A DNA stretch of 64,000 bases from Octopus vulgaris (lineage: Eukaryota), in the NCBI GenBank assembly GCA_951406725.2, contig OX597836.1, positions 37,324,001 through 37,388,000 on the forward strand. The letters run 5' to 3'. Numbering within the stretch: position 1 is the stretch's first letter; every line of letters starts with the position of its first letter. The position numbers were made by a program, and so were the translations under genes. The notes beneath the pieces were generated by a model. The model was not told where the DNA came from and searched no databases. It worked only from the letters and a program-made list of their open reading frames with translations. This document shows, one piece after another, positions 39,722 to 52,158 of the stretch.

Positions 39722-40138
39722 AGTGGCTGGATGGTAAGAAGCTTGCTTCCCAACCACAAGGTTCCGGGTTCAGTCCCACTGCGTGGCACTTTGGGCAAGT
39801 GTTTTCTACTATAGCATCGAAACGACCAAAGCCTAGAGAGTGGATTTCGTAGACGGAAATTGAAAGAATCCCGTCGTATGTATATATATATATATGCGTG
39901 TGTGTGTGTGTGTGTGTTTATTTGTGTACCTCTACTTGTCCCCCTACACACACACACCATCGCTTGACAACTGATGTTGGCGCATTTACGTTTCCGTAAC
40001 ACCAGCGCTTCGGCAAAAGAGACCAATAGTATAAGTGATATGCTTACAAAGAATAAGTCCTGTGGTCGATTTGTTCGACTAAAGGTGGTGCTCCAGCATG
40101 GCCGCAGTCAAATGACTGAAACAAATAAAAGAATAAAT
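39722..40138 (+). mobile_element. SINE-B
   Basis: All modules present. Confidence 0.88.
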
Positions 40139-40417
40139 CTAAATATGACAATTATATGAGTGGTGGATTAGTACAATCATTAGACCACCAAAATAAAATG
40201 CTTTGTGGAATGCGTTCCGTCTTTTTATACCCTGAGTTCCAATTCCATTAAAACCAACATTGCCTTCCAAACTTCCGTGTTCGATAGAACAAAAAAGCCG
40301 CGATTTCCCGAGGGTTGAATTAATTGACTAAACCTTTTATACTTCGACATGTTGTCCTTGTGCATGATTTAGGATCCACCACTTTTAATATTGTGTATAT
40401 TGCATTGGGTTGGATGC

Positions 40418-40462
40418 GGTGCTGATGAGAGCGCAATAACTCTCAAAATATGCATATACATC
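40418..40462 (+). ncRNA. Type-I hammerhead-like motif, paralog of 39574 (G12>A)
   Basis: GGUG-CUGAUGA-GAG(10 nt)CUC-aAAA-UAUGCAUA-UA^CAUC. Confidence 0.62.
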
Positions 40463-40989
40463 CACTAGCAACTTAATCTATTTTTGATCGCTCCAGAGCA
40501 ATTATGCAAGGTGAATTAAGTTAGAATATTAATTACAACACTTCCGTCTCCGACTGAACAATTATTACAAGATAAAATCATCTTGAAGAATTAGAGGAGA
40601 CTGTAAGTTTAAGTTTTGTTGTAAATATCTAACTTACATATACCTCATTAAAGAATTTGACTCATCAATAAATTCCATCTGTTTCCGTTTTCTCGGTGTT
40701 GATTTACAGAATTAATTAGTCCCCTTGATCTGTGTAGCACTGATATTACAAGACTAATTGATTTTCGATGAAGCACAAGATAACTCGATAGATCATATAA
40801 ACCTGGTCAGGTATCAAATAATAAATCTGTTGGTGTTATATTACCTTCGACAATAAAGAGTGTGAACATTATCACTGGCAAGGACAGAGATAGTGGGGAG
40901 GAGGGAGAGAGGGATGGAGTGAGGGAGGGAGATGGAAAGATATATGAGATAAACCGAGACAGAAAGAGAGAGAATGTCTGGGATATACT

Positions 40990-40993
<4 letters not shown>

Positions 40994-41025
<32 letters not shown>

Positions 41026-41070
41026 GAAAGAAAGAAAGAAAGAAAAGAAGAAAGGGAGAAAGGAAGAAAA

Positions 41071-41103
<33 letters not shown>

Positions 41104-41143
41104 AAAAAGAAAGAAAGAAAGAAAGAGAGAGACAGAGAAAGAG

Positions 41144-41177
<34 letters not shown>

Positions 41178-41208
41178 TAAGAAAGAAAGAAAGAAAGGAA
41201 GGAAGGAA

Positions 41209-41245
<37 letters not shown>

Positions 41246-41254
41246 GAAAGAAAA

Positions 41255-41285
<31 letters not shown>

Positions 41286-41431
41286 AGAAGAAAGAAAGAA
41301 AAAAGGTAGGAAGAAAGAAAAGAAGAAAGAAAGAAAAAAGTAGGAAGAAAGAAAGAAAGAAAGAAAGAAAAGAAGAAAGAAAGAAAAAAAGGTAGGAAGA
41401 AAGAAAAGAAGAAAGAAAGAAAAAAGGTAGG

Positions 41432-41491
<60 letters not shown>
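40994..41491. repeat. About 500-bp polypurine (GA)n-(GAAA)n-(GA)n tract
   Basis: Direct; gives the spurious F/L/S and K/E/R ORFs. Confidence 0.97.
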
Positions 41492-41493
<2 letters not shown>

Positions 41494-42179
41494 TGGAGGC
41501 AGACAAAAGCAAGGAGACAGGAAAGGAAGTAGATCAATACAGTCATAAAATGAAGCACAACATATAATACGTTGAAAGCTTCCATTTTGTTTCATTGCAT
41601 TTGTGTTGGCTGCTTTTATCATAGTCGTTGTTTTTCGTCGTGGTTTTTTGTTGCATTTGTTGTAGCAGAAGTTGTAGATATCGTTCGTGATGGTGGTGAT
41701 GAGCAGGATGCTGATGATAATATTATTGTTGTTGTTGTTGTTGTTGTTGTTCGTTGCTATTGTTATTGTTTCAAATGACTTTGACGCTGTTATAAAACAA
41801 TTGCCGATATATCTTTGCGAGCTTTTCCATTTCACGAAATAACATTTTATCGCAAACGCCATAATTCATTATACTGCATCCGTTGTGTAACAGAATAGCT
41901 TCCTATCTAAATATTTATGTCTGGAATTGATTAAATCTTATTAACATTTATTAATTGACGACTTCCGTCGCATATATTTCAGATTTATTTTGAGTTATCG
42001 TCAATTTTGAATATATATAGGTTGCTTCACATATTTACACCAAAGTGAAACAATTGACTTAAAACAGCATACAGTACTTTTGAAGTTAATTATTATACAT
42101 ATCTAGAATATTATACTTATCAGTATGAAGTGTGGAACAATTACGATTTGGAAGAACTTCTTGGTATGTAAAACTACTT

Positions 42180-42775
42180 AGGGTGGCGAGCTGACAGGAA
42201 CGTTAGCACGCCGCGCCAAATGCGTAGCCGTATTTCGTCTACCGTTACGTTCTGAGTTCAAATTCCGCCCAGGTCGACTTTGCCTGTCATCCTCATCGAT
42301 AAATTAAGTACCAGTTACGCACTGGGGTCGATGTAATCGACTTAATACCCATGTCTGTCCTTGTTTGTCCCCACTGTGTTTAGCCCCTTGTGGGTAATAA
42401 AGAAATAGGTATTTCGTCTGCCGCTACGTTCTGAGTTCAAATTCCGCCGAAGTCGACTTTGCCTTTCATCCTTTCGGGGACGAAGAATTAAGTACCAGTT
42501 ACGCACTGGGGTCGATGTAATCGACTTAATCTGTTTGTCTGTCCTTGTTTGTCCCCTCTGTGTTTAGCCCCTTGTGGGTAGTAAAGAAATAGGTATTTCG
42601 TCTGCCATTACGTTCTGAGTTCAAATTCCGCTGAGGTCGACTTTGCCTTTCATCCTTTCGGGGACGAAGAATTAAGTACCAGTTACGCACTGGGGTCGAT
42701 GTAATCGACTTAATCTGTTTGTATGTCCTTGTTTGTCCCCTCTGTGTTTAGCCCCTTGTGGGTAGTAAATAAATA
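42180..42775 (+). mobile_element. SINE-A trimer (one head plus three bodies)
   Basis: Junctions gaaatag|gtatttcgtctg at about 42408 and 42592; one 14-bp TSD ggta(t/c)gtaaaacta around the whole array. Confidence 0.92.
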
Positions 42776-43675
42776 GGTACGTAAAACTATTCTGATAGTA
42801 ACTGATGCGCATAACATGTGCGTCTATCGCTACAGTGTCAAAGCTAAGACAATTGATACTTTTAAACAAGCTGGATCTCCGAGTTTCCACGAATGTAATT
42901 TTATACCTCTGTTCCATCTGACTCATCTATCATAAAACCCAGACAGCGTCTAACTCTGTCGTCCAACTCCATTAAATGTTATAGACAAAAACAGATACAA
43001 AGAAATATATCGATCTTGATTGATTGCTAAGGTTTATAGGAAATAGTCTCACTTTGTCCACCTGGTTTGTGGTTCTTGTTGAAATTCCCAGTTCAGATAT
43101 CAATTAAATATTGTCAATAATTATCCATTCACCTCATTTAAACATCATGCAATGAGGGATATGTCTATATTTCGGAATTATGGATAGTATAAGCGATACG
43201 CTGTATCAGGTGAAATTATATTCTAAACTGGCTACAACTTCAATAATAAACGTATTGATTTTGTGCGGTATCAATGAAGAAATCAACTTTTGCCGTTAAG
43301 AAATAGCTAAATAACAAAGGAATAAAAGAAATCAAAAGTAAAAAGGCGATGTATGGTGTATCTTTATAAAGTTTAGATTAGTATTTCTCTTTCTGTAGTC
43401 ATATATAATCACAGGTTTTACCAGCAACTTTTCTATCACTCCTATAGATTCATTTCTGCCGTCTATTCTGTTTAATATTTCAAATGAATAGCCACTCTTC
43501 GGGGGCTTTGTAAATTGCTATTAAATAGGTTATTCGTTTGTAATTTTAGGGGGTTCTGAATGATTTTGTTTATGTATATTGCTTATTGTGTTCTCCCCTC
43601 AGGTTATCAATCTGTTGTCCATACTAGCTTTTGTAGCGTGTAATGGATAAGGTTCTGTTACTTTCATTTGTTTTG

Positions 43676-44077
43676 TGGCTGTGTGGTAAGTAGCTTGTCT
43701 ACCAACCGCATGGTTCCGGGTTCAGTCCCACTGCGTGGCATCTTGGGCAAGTGTCTTCTACTATAGCCTCGGGCAGACCAAAGCCTTGTGAGTGGATTTG
43801 GTAGACGGAAACTGAAAGAAGCCCGTCGTATATATGTATATATATGTGTGTGTATGCGTGTGTGTGTTTGTGTGTATGTGTTTGTCCCCTAGCATTGCTT
43901 AACAACCGATGCTGGTGTGTTTATGTCCCCGTCACTTAGCGGTTCGACAAAATAGACCGATAGAATAAGTATTGGGCTTACAAAAGAATAAGTCCCGGGG
44001 TCGAGCTGCTCGATTAAAGGCGGTGCTCCAGCATGGCCGCAGTCAAATGACTGAAACAAGTAAAAGAGTAAAGAGTA
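43676..44077 (+). mobile_element. SINE-B, full length
   Basis: Consensus match. Confidence 0.92.
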
Positions 44078-44364
44078 TAGCTTTGTATGTGCGGACAGTT
44101 ACTTTGTTTCGTTTTTCTGTCTTCTTTTTGTGAGTTGATCTATTAGTGATTCCGAAATATTTTTGATTATTTGTTATAAATTTATAAACATTCAACAAAG
44201 CAGTTATACTGAAAACGTATGTTACCTTGTTTATATATTTATTCATTTCTTTTCAGATTTCTAATATCCCTTCTTTGTCTTCACTTTGTGTTGGGTATAG
44301 TGTGTGTGAATTATCTTAGAATTGTTGACTCCATCTTTCTATAGTGATCATATTTTCTCATTTC

Positions 44365-44787
44365 GTGGAGGCGCAATGGCCCAGTGGTTAGGGCAGCGGG
44401 CTCGCGGTCATAGGATCGCGATTTCGATTCATAGACCGGGCGTTGTGATCAACGGAACAGCCTGCTCGTGAAATTAACGTGTAAGTGGCTGAGCACTCCA
44501 CAGACACGTGTACCGTTAACGTAGTTCTCGGGGATATTCAGCGTGACACAGAGAGTGACAAGGCCGGCCCCTTGAAATACAGGTACAACAGAAACAGGAA
44601 GTAAGAGTGAGAGAAAGTTGTGGTGAAAGAGTACAGCAGGGATCACCACCATCCCCTGCCGGAGCCTCGTGGAGCTTTTTCGGTGTTTTCGCTCAATAAA
44701 CACTCACAATGCCCGGTCTGGGAATCGAAACCGCGATCCTACGACCGCGAGTCCGCTGCCCTAATCACTGGGCCATTGCGCCTCTAC
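44365..44787. mobile_element. SINE-C head (+, 44365-44447) fused to an inverted near-full SINE-C (-, 44448-44787)
   Basis: Direct comparison with the copy at 11747. Confidence 0.88.
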
Positions 44788-44991
44788 ATGCAGTTCATAA
44801 CGCACTCACATAAAAAACTCTCTACGTGATTCTCCGGATCATATGTTGGTATTTCAAATACGTCTATTAAATCAGATCAAGCAAAGTATTTCTGCATCTA
44901 TAACAGCCTCTAAATTTAAGGAGACACAAGCAGCTAAAGCTCAGAAGTGATTACAGTAACCTGCAACTACTTCTAGGTTGATGATTTAAAT

Positions 44992-45230
44992 CAGTGCTCC
45001 GCAACCTGTTTTCACTTCCGATACACTTAAATTCTTTTCAAAATTCGTCGTCACACCTAAAATAAAAATATAACTAAAAGCCTAGGAGAAAAAATATATA
45101 TATTCAGGTTACAATGCGGCACACCTAGCATCGTCTCGTAACACACCAATGCGTCGTGGAAACCAGAGTGCCGTGGAAACCAGTGTGCCGTGGAAACCAG
45201 TGTGCCGCGCACACTAGTTGCAGATCACTG
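44992..45230. mobile_element. hAT (Charlie-like) MITE
   Basis: TIRs cagtgctccgcaac / gttgcagatcactg; decayed 8-bp flanks atttaaat/gtctaaac; internal gcggcacac motifs and a 17-bp repeat x3. Confidence 0.72.
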
Positions 45231-45339
45231 GTCTAAACCACCATACGATTAATATAAAAGAGACTACAAAACAACTTATTTGACATTGGAGCGGTATCAT
45301 TTACAGCAAATGTTTTTATTTCATACTAAATGTGGGTGT

Positions 45340-45722
45340 CGAAGCACTCCGTTGGTTACGACGACGAGGGTTCCGGTTGATCCGATCAACGGAACAGCCT
45401 GCTCGTGAAATTAACGTGTAAGTGGCTGAGCACTCCACAGACACGTGTACCCTTAACGTAGTTCTCGGGGATATTCAGCGTGACACAGAGAGTGACGAGG
45501 CCGGCCCTTTGAAATACAGGTACAACAGAAACAGGAAGTAAGAGTGAGAGAAAGTTGCGGTGAAAGAGTACAGCAGGGATCACCACCATCCCCTGCCGGA
45601 GCCTCGTGGAGCTTTAGGTGTTTTCGCTCAATAAACACTCACAACGCCCGGTCTGGGAATCGAAATCGCGATCCTACGACCGCGAATCCGCTGCCCCAAC
45701 CACTGGGCCATTGCGCCTCCAC
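45340..45722 (-). mobile_element. SINE-C, full length
   Basis: Consensus match; flanking direct repeat catactaaatg. Confidence 0.92.
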
Positions 45723-46744
45723 CATACTAAATGCAGAAGCGTTGTAAGCCAGAGAGATTATACCCAAACAGCATTTCTGTCGTCCACGAATTAAACGAAT
45801 ATATGAATATATATGCTATCGTATAATATTTAATCAAAAAATCTATGTGAAGTATGTGTCCTCTACCAGACTTGAGAAGATACTGCATCAGAATTTTCCT
45901 GTTAGATGTCAAAACTGTGTCTCGACAATATCTTTAATATGATAATAATGAAAGTAACACTCAAGATAATTGTAGAGAGGAGCAACGCCGTTCCCCACCG
46001 GTGTATATTAAAATCTGAAGCATTTGAAGACGCCTGGAACATTTAATAGAAAGATTGATATGATAAACAGATGAAAAGGAAGGACTAGCCTCGAAATTAG
46101 TCGTTATCTCCTAGATTCGCCTATGAAATCAGCTTTTGATGGTATCGTATGCAGCTACTGAAAATCAGGACAGTTTTATTTTAAAAAATCACATAAGAAC
46201 TTCCAAGCTTACTTCCCTTTCTAGTAAATTTGAAAACGCAGTTACCAGCGACATAACATTTTGAATGTCTTAATGAGAAATGTCATAGCAAGGTGAAATA
46301 CATTAGAATGAAAAGAGAAAATTCAAAGAAAATTAGTGATGTTCTGCGTTGGCTAATACTTAATACAAAACGGCATAAAATAAATTGAGGACTATAGAAA
46401 TGAAAAGAAGAATAATGTTTCGAGCACTGCCCTTTGTTAGATGAGAAATTAGACGTTTGCTGATAGCATAACTGGATTTTCTTAGAAGCGTACAATGCAA
46501 CGTCGCTGGCATCTCATTATTATTATCTTTATTCAAATTGATCATTTGAAGTATGAATGAGAGTTATATAAGAACTTATAATTTTACCTTGGAATCCACA
46601 AATTCAATAAATTGCATAGTTTCTGTGCCTAAAGATATTTCAGTAACTAGAGAATATTAATTCAAATATCATTAGACAGAAGTTCGTCAATTTCGCTTAG
46701 ACTTTGCACATCTTACAAATATATATATATATTATTAATATGTT

Positions 46745-47139
46745 AGCGCGCCGGGTGAAATGCTAAGCGGTATTTCGTCTGCCGCTACGTTCTGAGTTCA
46801 AATTCCGCCGAGGTCGACTTTGCCTTTCAACCTTTCGGGGTTGATTAAATAAGTACCAGTTACGCACTGGGGTCGATATAATAGACTTAATTCGTTTGTC
46901 TGTCCTTGTTTGTCCTCTCTGTGTTTAGCCCCTTGTGAGTAGTAAAAAAATAGGTATTTCGTCTGTCGTTACGTTCTGAGTTCAAATTCTGCCGAGGTCG
47001 ACTTTGCCTTCCATCCTTTCGGGGTCGATAAATAAAGTACTAATTACACACTCGGGTCGATGTAATCGACTTAATCCCTTTGTGTGTCCTTGTTTGTCCC
47101 CTCTATGTTTATCCCCTTGTGGGGTAGTAAAGAAATAAT
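46745..47139 (+). mobile_element. SINE-A dimer
   Basis: Junction aaatag|gtatttcgtctg at about 46953; TSD-like tata(t/c)tattaatatgtt. Confidence 0.9.
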
Positions 47140-47470
47140 TATACTATTAATATGTTTATCAGTGTATGATCAGTTACTCTGTATATCCATACATATATCT
47201 TCCCATTCCTCCATAAATTTATCTGTGTATAACTTTGTGTGTAAATGTGTATTTTGCTTCTGTTGCTATTGTTCATGATGTTGATGTTTAACACTAGGTC
47301 ATTCATGATTGATCAGGCATATAATTGAAACTTTCCATACAAAAAAGAAAAACAAACAAAAAGGCACCCAATATCTTTGTCTAATACATTTCAAATTAGC
47401 TTTAAATAAGTGATCTATTTTAGAACTTGTTGGGAATATTCTAATACAAATATGTCAGCTATTAATTATA

Positions 47471-47795
47471 GGAGCACTCCGTCGGTTACGACGACGAGAG
47501 TCCCAGCTGATACGATCAACGGAACAGCTTGCTCGTAAAACTAACGTGCAAATGGCTGAGCATTCCACAGACACGTGTACCCTTAACGTAGTTCGCAAGG
47601 AGATTCAGCGTGACACAGAGTGTGACAAGGCTGACCCTTTGAAATACAGGTACAACTCATTTTTGCCAGCTGAGTGGACTGGAGCAACGTGAAATAAAGT
47701 GTCTTGCTCAAGGACACAACGCGCCACCGGGAATCGAACTCACAACCTTACGATCATGAGCCGAATGCCCTAACCACTAAGCCACGCGCCCTCAC
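47471..47795 (-). mobile_element. SINE-D (own tRNA head and CORE-like region, with the SINE-C tail)
   Basis: Head gcgtggcttagtggttagg..gagttcgattccc; from ttgtacctgtatttcaaaggg onward it matches SINE-C; 13-bp TSD cagctattaatta. Confidence 0.88.
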
Positions 47796-48379
47796 CAGCT
47801 ATTAATTAATATTTAGCTGATTGAACGAGCAACATTAACTACGTAAATCCTCTCCTCCTTGCTTCATGGATGTGCACACATTTCTGTGTTCCTTTATCAG
47901 CATATTTTTGTCTACGTGTGTAATTTTATTATTCTCATTGCGACTAACAAAATTCCTGATACAGCGAGCCGCAGAGCAGTACGGCCATTTAAAGACGCGT
48001 AAAACTAATCTATGTTTAATGGTATATAAATATCTGTTTGACGTTAGTTAGTAAGACAGTTGTTTAAAAGCAGTGTTCGTGTAATATGGCTGACAATTAT
48101 CTGCTGATTATGTCTTCTCAAGAGACACATAGATAACTCGGTACATGTCAGTGTAGAACACCAATTAATGGCATTCAAGTAATTCACTTTGTCCTACCAA
48201 GAAATATAAATCAATGGTTTGTCACCATATAATTTCTTTAATTAATCAAATTTCGTATAATTTCTCTTGCTTTTATACATACATGTCATGTGTACACACA
48301 CACACTGACATATGTATAGACATACATATGTATAGACATACATATGTATATACGTATGTATGTCTATATATATAATGTG

Positions 48380-48630
48380 TGTTTCGTTTTTGGATTTGGT
48401 TTGCAAGATTCTTTATGTGAGTTCGTGTGTTGAAGCATATTCTGTTGTGTCTGGGGAGAGTCATTCTCTTTTGGTGTCTTATAATTTAACACACTCACCG
48501 GTAAAATTTCCACTTATTTCTTTTTTATTTTTCTAAAATTTTCGTTGCGTCTTGCAACCTTTTTAATAGTCGTTGATTATGTCCGTTACTCACATTGCAT
48601 TACTTTTTGTTTGTTTGTACACGTGTGTGT
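48380..48630 (-). mobile_element. pLTR-like family shared with 16335-16500; hammerhead-like remnant at 48533-48569
   Basis: Minus strand CUA-UUaAAAA-G-GUUGC(AAGAC)GCAAC-GAAA-AUUU^UAG. Confidence 0.6.
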
Positions 48631-48634
48631 GGAT

Positions 48635-48922
48635 CAGTAAAAACTTAAGCAAATGTTAGCAGAACAGTCCACAACTCTCCTACTCTCCAGTAGATATGTA
48701 GATGACATTAATATCATAGTTAGGACCAACTCTAGTGACGGTAGTATAGAAACTGAGAGGAACGTGATGGAGAGCCTCCAGCAAGTAGCTAACTCTACCC
48801 ACCAAAGTATCAAGGTAACTATAGATTACCCCACTAAGCACCCCAACAATAGACTCCCCATACTTGATACTGAACTTTGGTTAGAGACTGTTAACAATAG
48901 AGTGCAGCTCCTCCACTCCTGC
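48635..48922 (+). pseudogene. Penelope-like reverse transcriptase fragment
   Basis: SRYVDDINII (RT catalytic YxDD) ..ANSTHQSIKVTIDYPTKH..RLPILDTELWL (PLE LPxLD motif); truncated at both ends. Confidence 0.85.
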
Positions 48923-49005
48923 CAAATAACTGTAACGAGTTAAAGAACAAAAGAATAAAAGAATATATATTGAGAGAGAGAGAGAGAGAGAGAGATAGAA
49001 AGAGG

Positions 49006-49072
<67 letters not shown>

Positions 49073-49073
<1 letters not shown>

Positions 49074-49232
49074 TGTTTCTTTATTAGCCACACAGGGCTG
49101 CACACAGATGGGACAGATTACAAAGTAGAGCTTTTCTTTTGGGGGGAGAAAAAAAAGAATAAAAAAGTGGGGTAGGTTTTCGATCAAAAGAGATCGTAAA
49201 AGGGAAAGAAGAAAGAAAAAGAAAGGAAAGGC
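49073..49232 (-). mobile_element. LINE-like 3' UTR fragment inserted in (TAGA)n
   Basis: Minus strand U-rich UTR ending tgtcccatctgtgtgcagccctgtgtggctAATAAAgaaac; the tail resembles SINE-A. Confidence 0.6.
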
Positions 49233-49311
<79 letters not shown>

Positions 49312-49557
49312 ATGGCTAGATAGATAAAAAAGTGGCAAACAAAACCGTACACAAGCATGTCTTTATGCGTGTATGTGCATATGTATATATGTTTGAATAT
49401 ATGTATATATGTATGTAATGCATATCTGTAATGTATGATTTTATGTGATGTATGTATGCATATGTGTACGGATATCTTCAAACCTGTCACTAATAATATG
49501 ATTTTTTTAGTTAAACCAGTTCCAGGCATATTTTTGAATATGTGCGTCAATATATGA

Positions 49558-49670
<113 letters not shown>

Positions 49671-49684
49671 TATAAATAGATTAC

Positions 49685-49770
<86 letters not shown>

Positions 49771-50129
49771 TACTCGCAGTCATGAAATGAGTGTAGAAGA
49801 TTTTTTAAAGACAGAACCGATGCATGACTCTTGTTGATGCATATGTCAGTATGTCACACGCCTGTAAGCAACTGTGCACGTATGTTCATTCCACGAACAA
49901 TGGATATACACATATGTTTGCAAGTTATTTTATACAAATATTTAGTTTATATAGCACAGACCACCTGTGCTTCTAGTTTCATATGAAAATGTAAAGACTG
50001 AAGCTTTAAGTTCCTTACCAATTTGACATAATCCTCTTTCTATATGATTTCAGACTAGCCATTAGTATCTCCTGATTTCCATAACAGTGCCTGACTTTTG
50101 GTGTCAGTGTCATAGAATAAATGTTTCAA

Positions 50130-50321
50130 ACAGGTGTGGCTGTCTGGTAAAAAGCATGTTTCCCAACAGCATGGTTCCCGGTTCAGTTTTACTGCGTGGC
50201 ACCTTGGGTGTCTTCGACTTTTCTACTTTAACCCTGGTCGACCAAAGCCTTATGAGTGGATTTGGTAGACGGAACCTAAAAGAAACCTGTCGTGTATATA
50301 TATACACACACACACACACAC

Positions 50322-50353
<32 letters not shown>

Positions 50354-50510
50354 ATGTACGAATGTGTGTGTGTGCGTTTACTCCCCTTTTTTTTAATTCT
50401 GGTATTTATTCTATTGTTGACTGTTTGCAGAGCCACTAAATTACGGTGACGTAACCAAGCCAACACCGGTTGGCAAGCGGTGCGGAGAACAAACACAGAC
50501 ACGAAGACAC
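50130..50510. mobile_element. SINE-B fragments (+ 5' half; - 3' half)
   Basis: Module matches. Confidence 0.7.
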
Positions 50511-50533
50511 ATACATAACAATAATAAACATAA

Positions 50534-50628
<95 letters not shown>

Positions 50629-51709
50629 TAAAGTATATGAGAAATTTTCTACACTGGTGATCTAAATGTGTGAGTGGTGGGTAAGTGCTATAGTTGGTGG
50701 ACCATTAGGTTCCATGATCACAGTTAAGGCTGGATCTAGGGATACGTATTAGGGTTCCATTATAACATGTATATATTATATTAGAGGAAAATTCAAAAGC
50801 AATGCAGAACTAATATTTCAAGTCATTTAGAGTAAGTTAATATCATCATTGTAAAGTGAATTTGAAACCTTACAGCTGTTTCTGTGATAACCCAAGTCGT
50901 TGGTTAGCACGTCCGTGCACCGGATATTCCGTCACAGAGACAAAGTATGAATAATTTAGACGTAAAAGTTTTATGCAAATAAAAATTGTATTACTTTCTG
51001 CCTTACCGTCGTAGTTTTCTCCAAGTGTCGAAACTCACTTTAAAAGTATGGTGGCCTGATGATAAAATCTTGAAAGACTAAAACAAATTAATAAAAGTTT
51101 TCTTCTCATTTTGTTTTCATCTGCTGTCTGCATTTAATAAAATTAAATTTAAAATTTAATGCCAATAAAATTATATTACAGACGATGTAAACACGTCCAG
51201 TTTGTTAAATTTAGTTCTGCTTAATGAGATTTTCATATTTTGGGAAAATTTAAGAGAGCAGAATTATTTTTACTAATCTGCATGTCATTATATCTGAAAC
51301 TAAAGTAAAAGTTTAGAAAGAAATTTTATTATTTTAACAAGACATAAATGGTTTCTGATGATAGTGGCTGTGTGCAAGTCTTTTTTTGTTGGTTACATCC
51401 AAGCCAGCCATTTCCTGCGCAGAGGAACTTTTCTAAGAGCCGGACTTTATGCCAAAGAAAATGACAGAGTACAAAGTAAATACCAACATAAAATGCATAA
51501 TTTTGTAGTGACTAAAGGACAGTGGCCCTGTACGTAAAGTACTCACGTGTCTTCCCATCCAAGAACACGTTCGTATCCTAAGAACTAGCAGTACTTCAGG
51601 AAATTCCACGGTTATTTTGGAAACTTAAAATGGTTGGAAGTTTATAGAAAACCAGGAACGTTATATTTACACACATGCACATACTGACAAACATGGCCGT
51701 GTGGTAAGT

Positions 51710-52158
51710 ATAGGTGCAGGAGTGGCTGTGTGGTACGTAGCTTGCTTACCAACCACATGGTTCCGGGTTCAGTCCCACTGCGTGACACTTTGGGCAACTG
51801 TCTTCTGCTATAGCCTCGGGCCAACCAAAGCCTTGTAAGTGGATTTGGTAGACGGAAACTGAAAGAAGCCCGTCGTATATATGTATATATATATATATAT
51901 ATATATACATGTGTGTGTGTGTGTCTGTATGTATGTGTGTGTATATGTTTGTGTGTCTGTGTTTGTTCCCCCAGCATCGCTTGACAACCGATGGTGGTGT
52001 GTTTATGTCCCCGTAATTAGCGGTTCGGCAAAACAGACCGATAGAATAAGTATTCGGCTTACAAAGAATAAGTCCTGGGGTCGATTTGTTTGACTAAAGG
52101 CGGTGCTCCAGCATGGCTACAGTCAAATGACTGAAACAAGTAAAAGGGTAAAAGAGTA
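51710..52158 (+). mobile_element. SINE-B, full length
   Basis: Consensus match; partial head duplication tggccgtgtggtaagta just upstream. Confidence 0.92.

Noticed and set aside
40807-41862. 351-aa ORF and overlapping long ORFs
   Set aside because: Translation of the (GAAA)n/(GA)n tract
43330-43480. KPVIIYDY on the minus strand, reminiscent of piggyBac transposase
   Set aside because: The following GGVD motif is absent and there are no TTAA/TIR features
51054-51085. CUGAUGA...GAAA (similar partial hits near 1210-1255, 2190-2212, 32255 and 55561)
   Set aside because: Missing stem II/III pairing or the UH site; not counted as hammerheads
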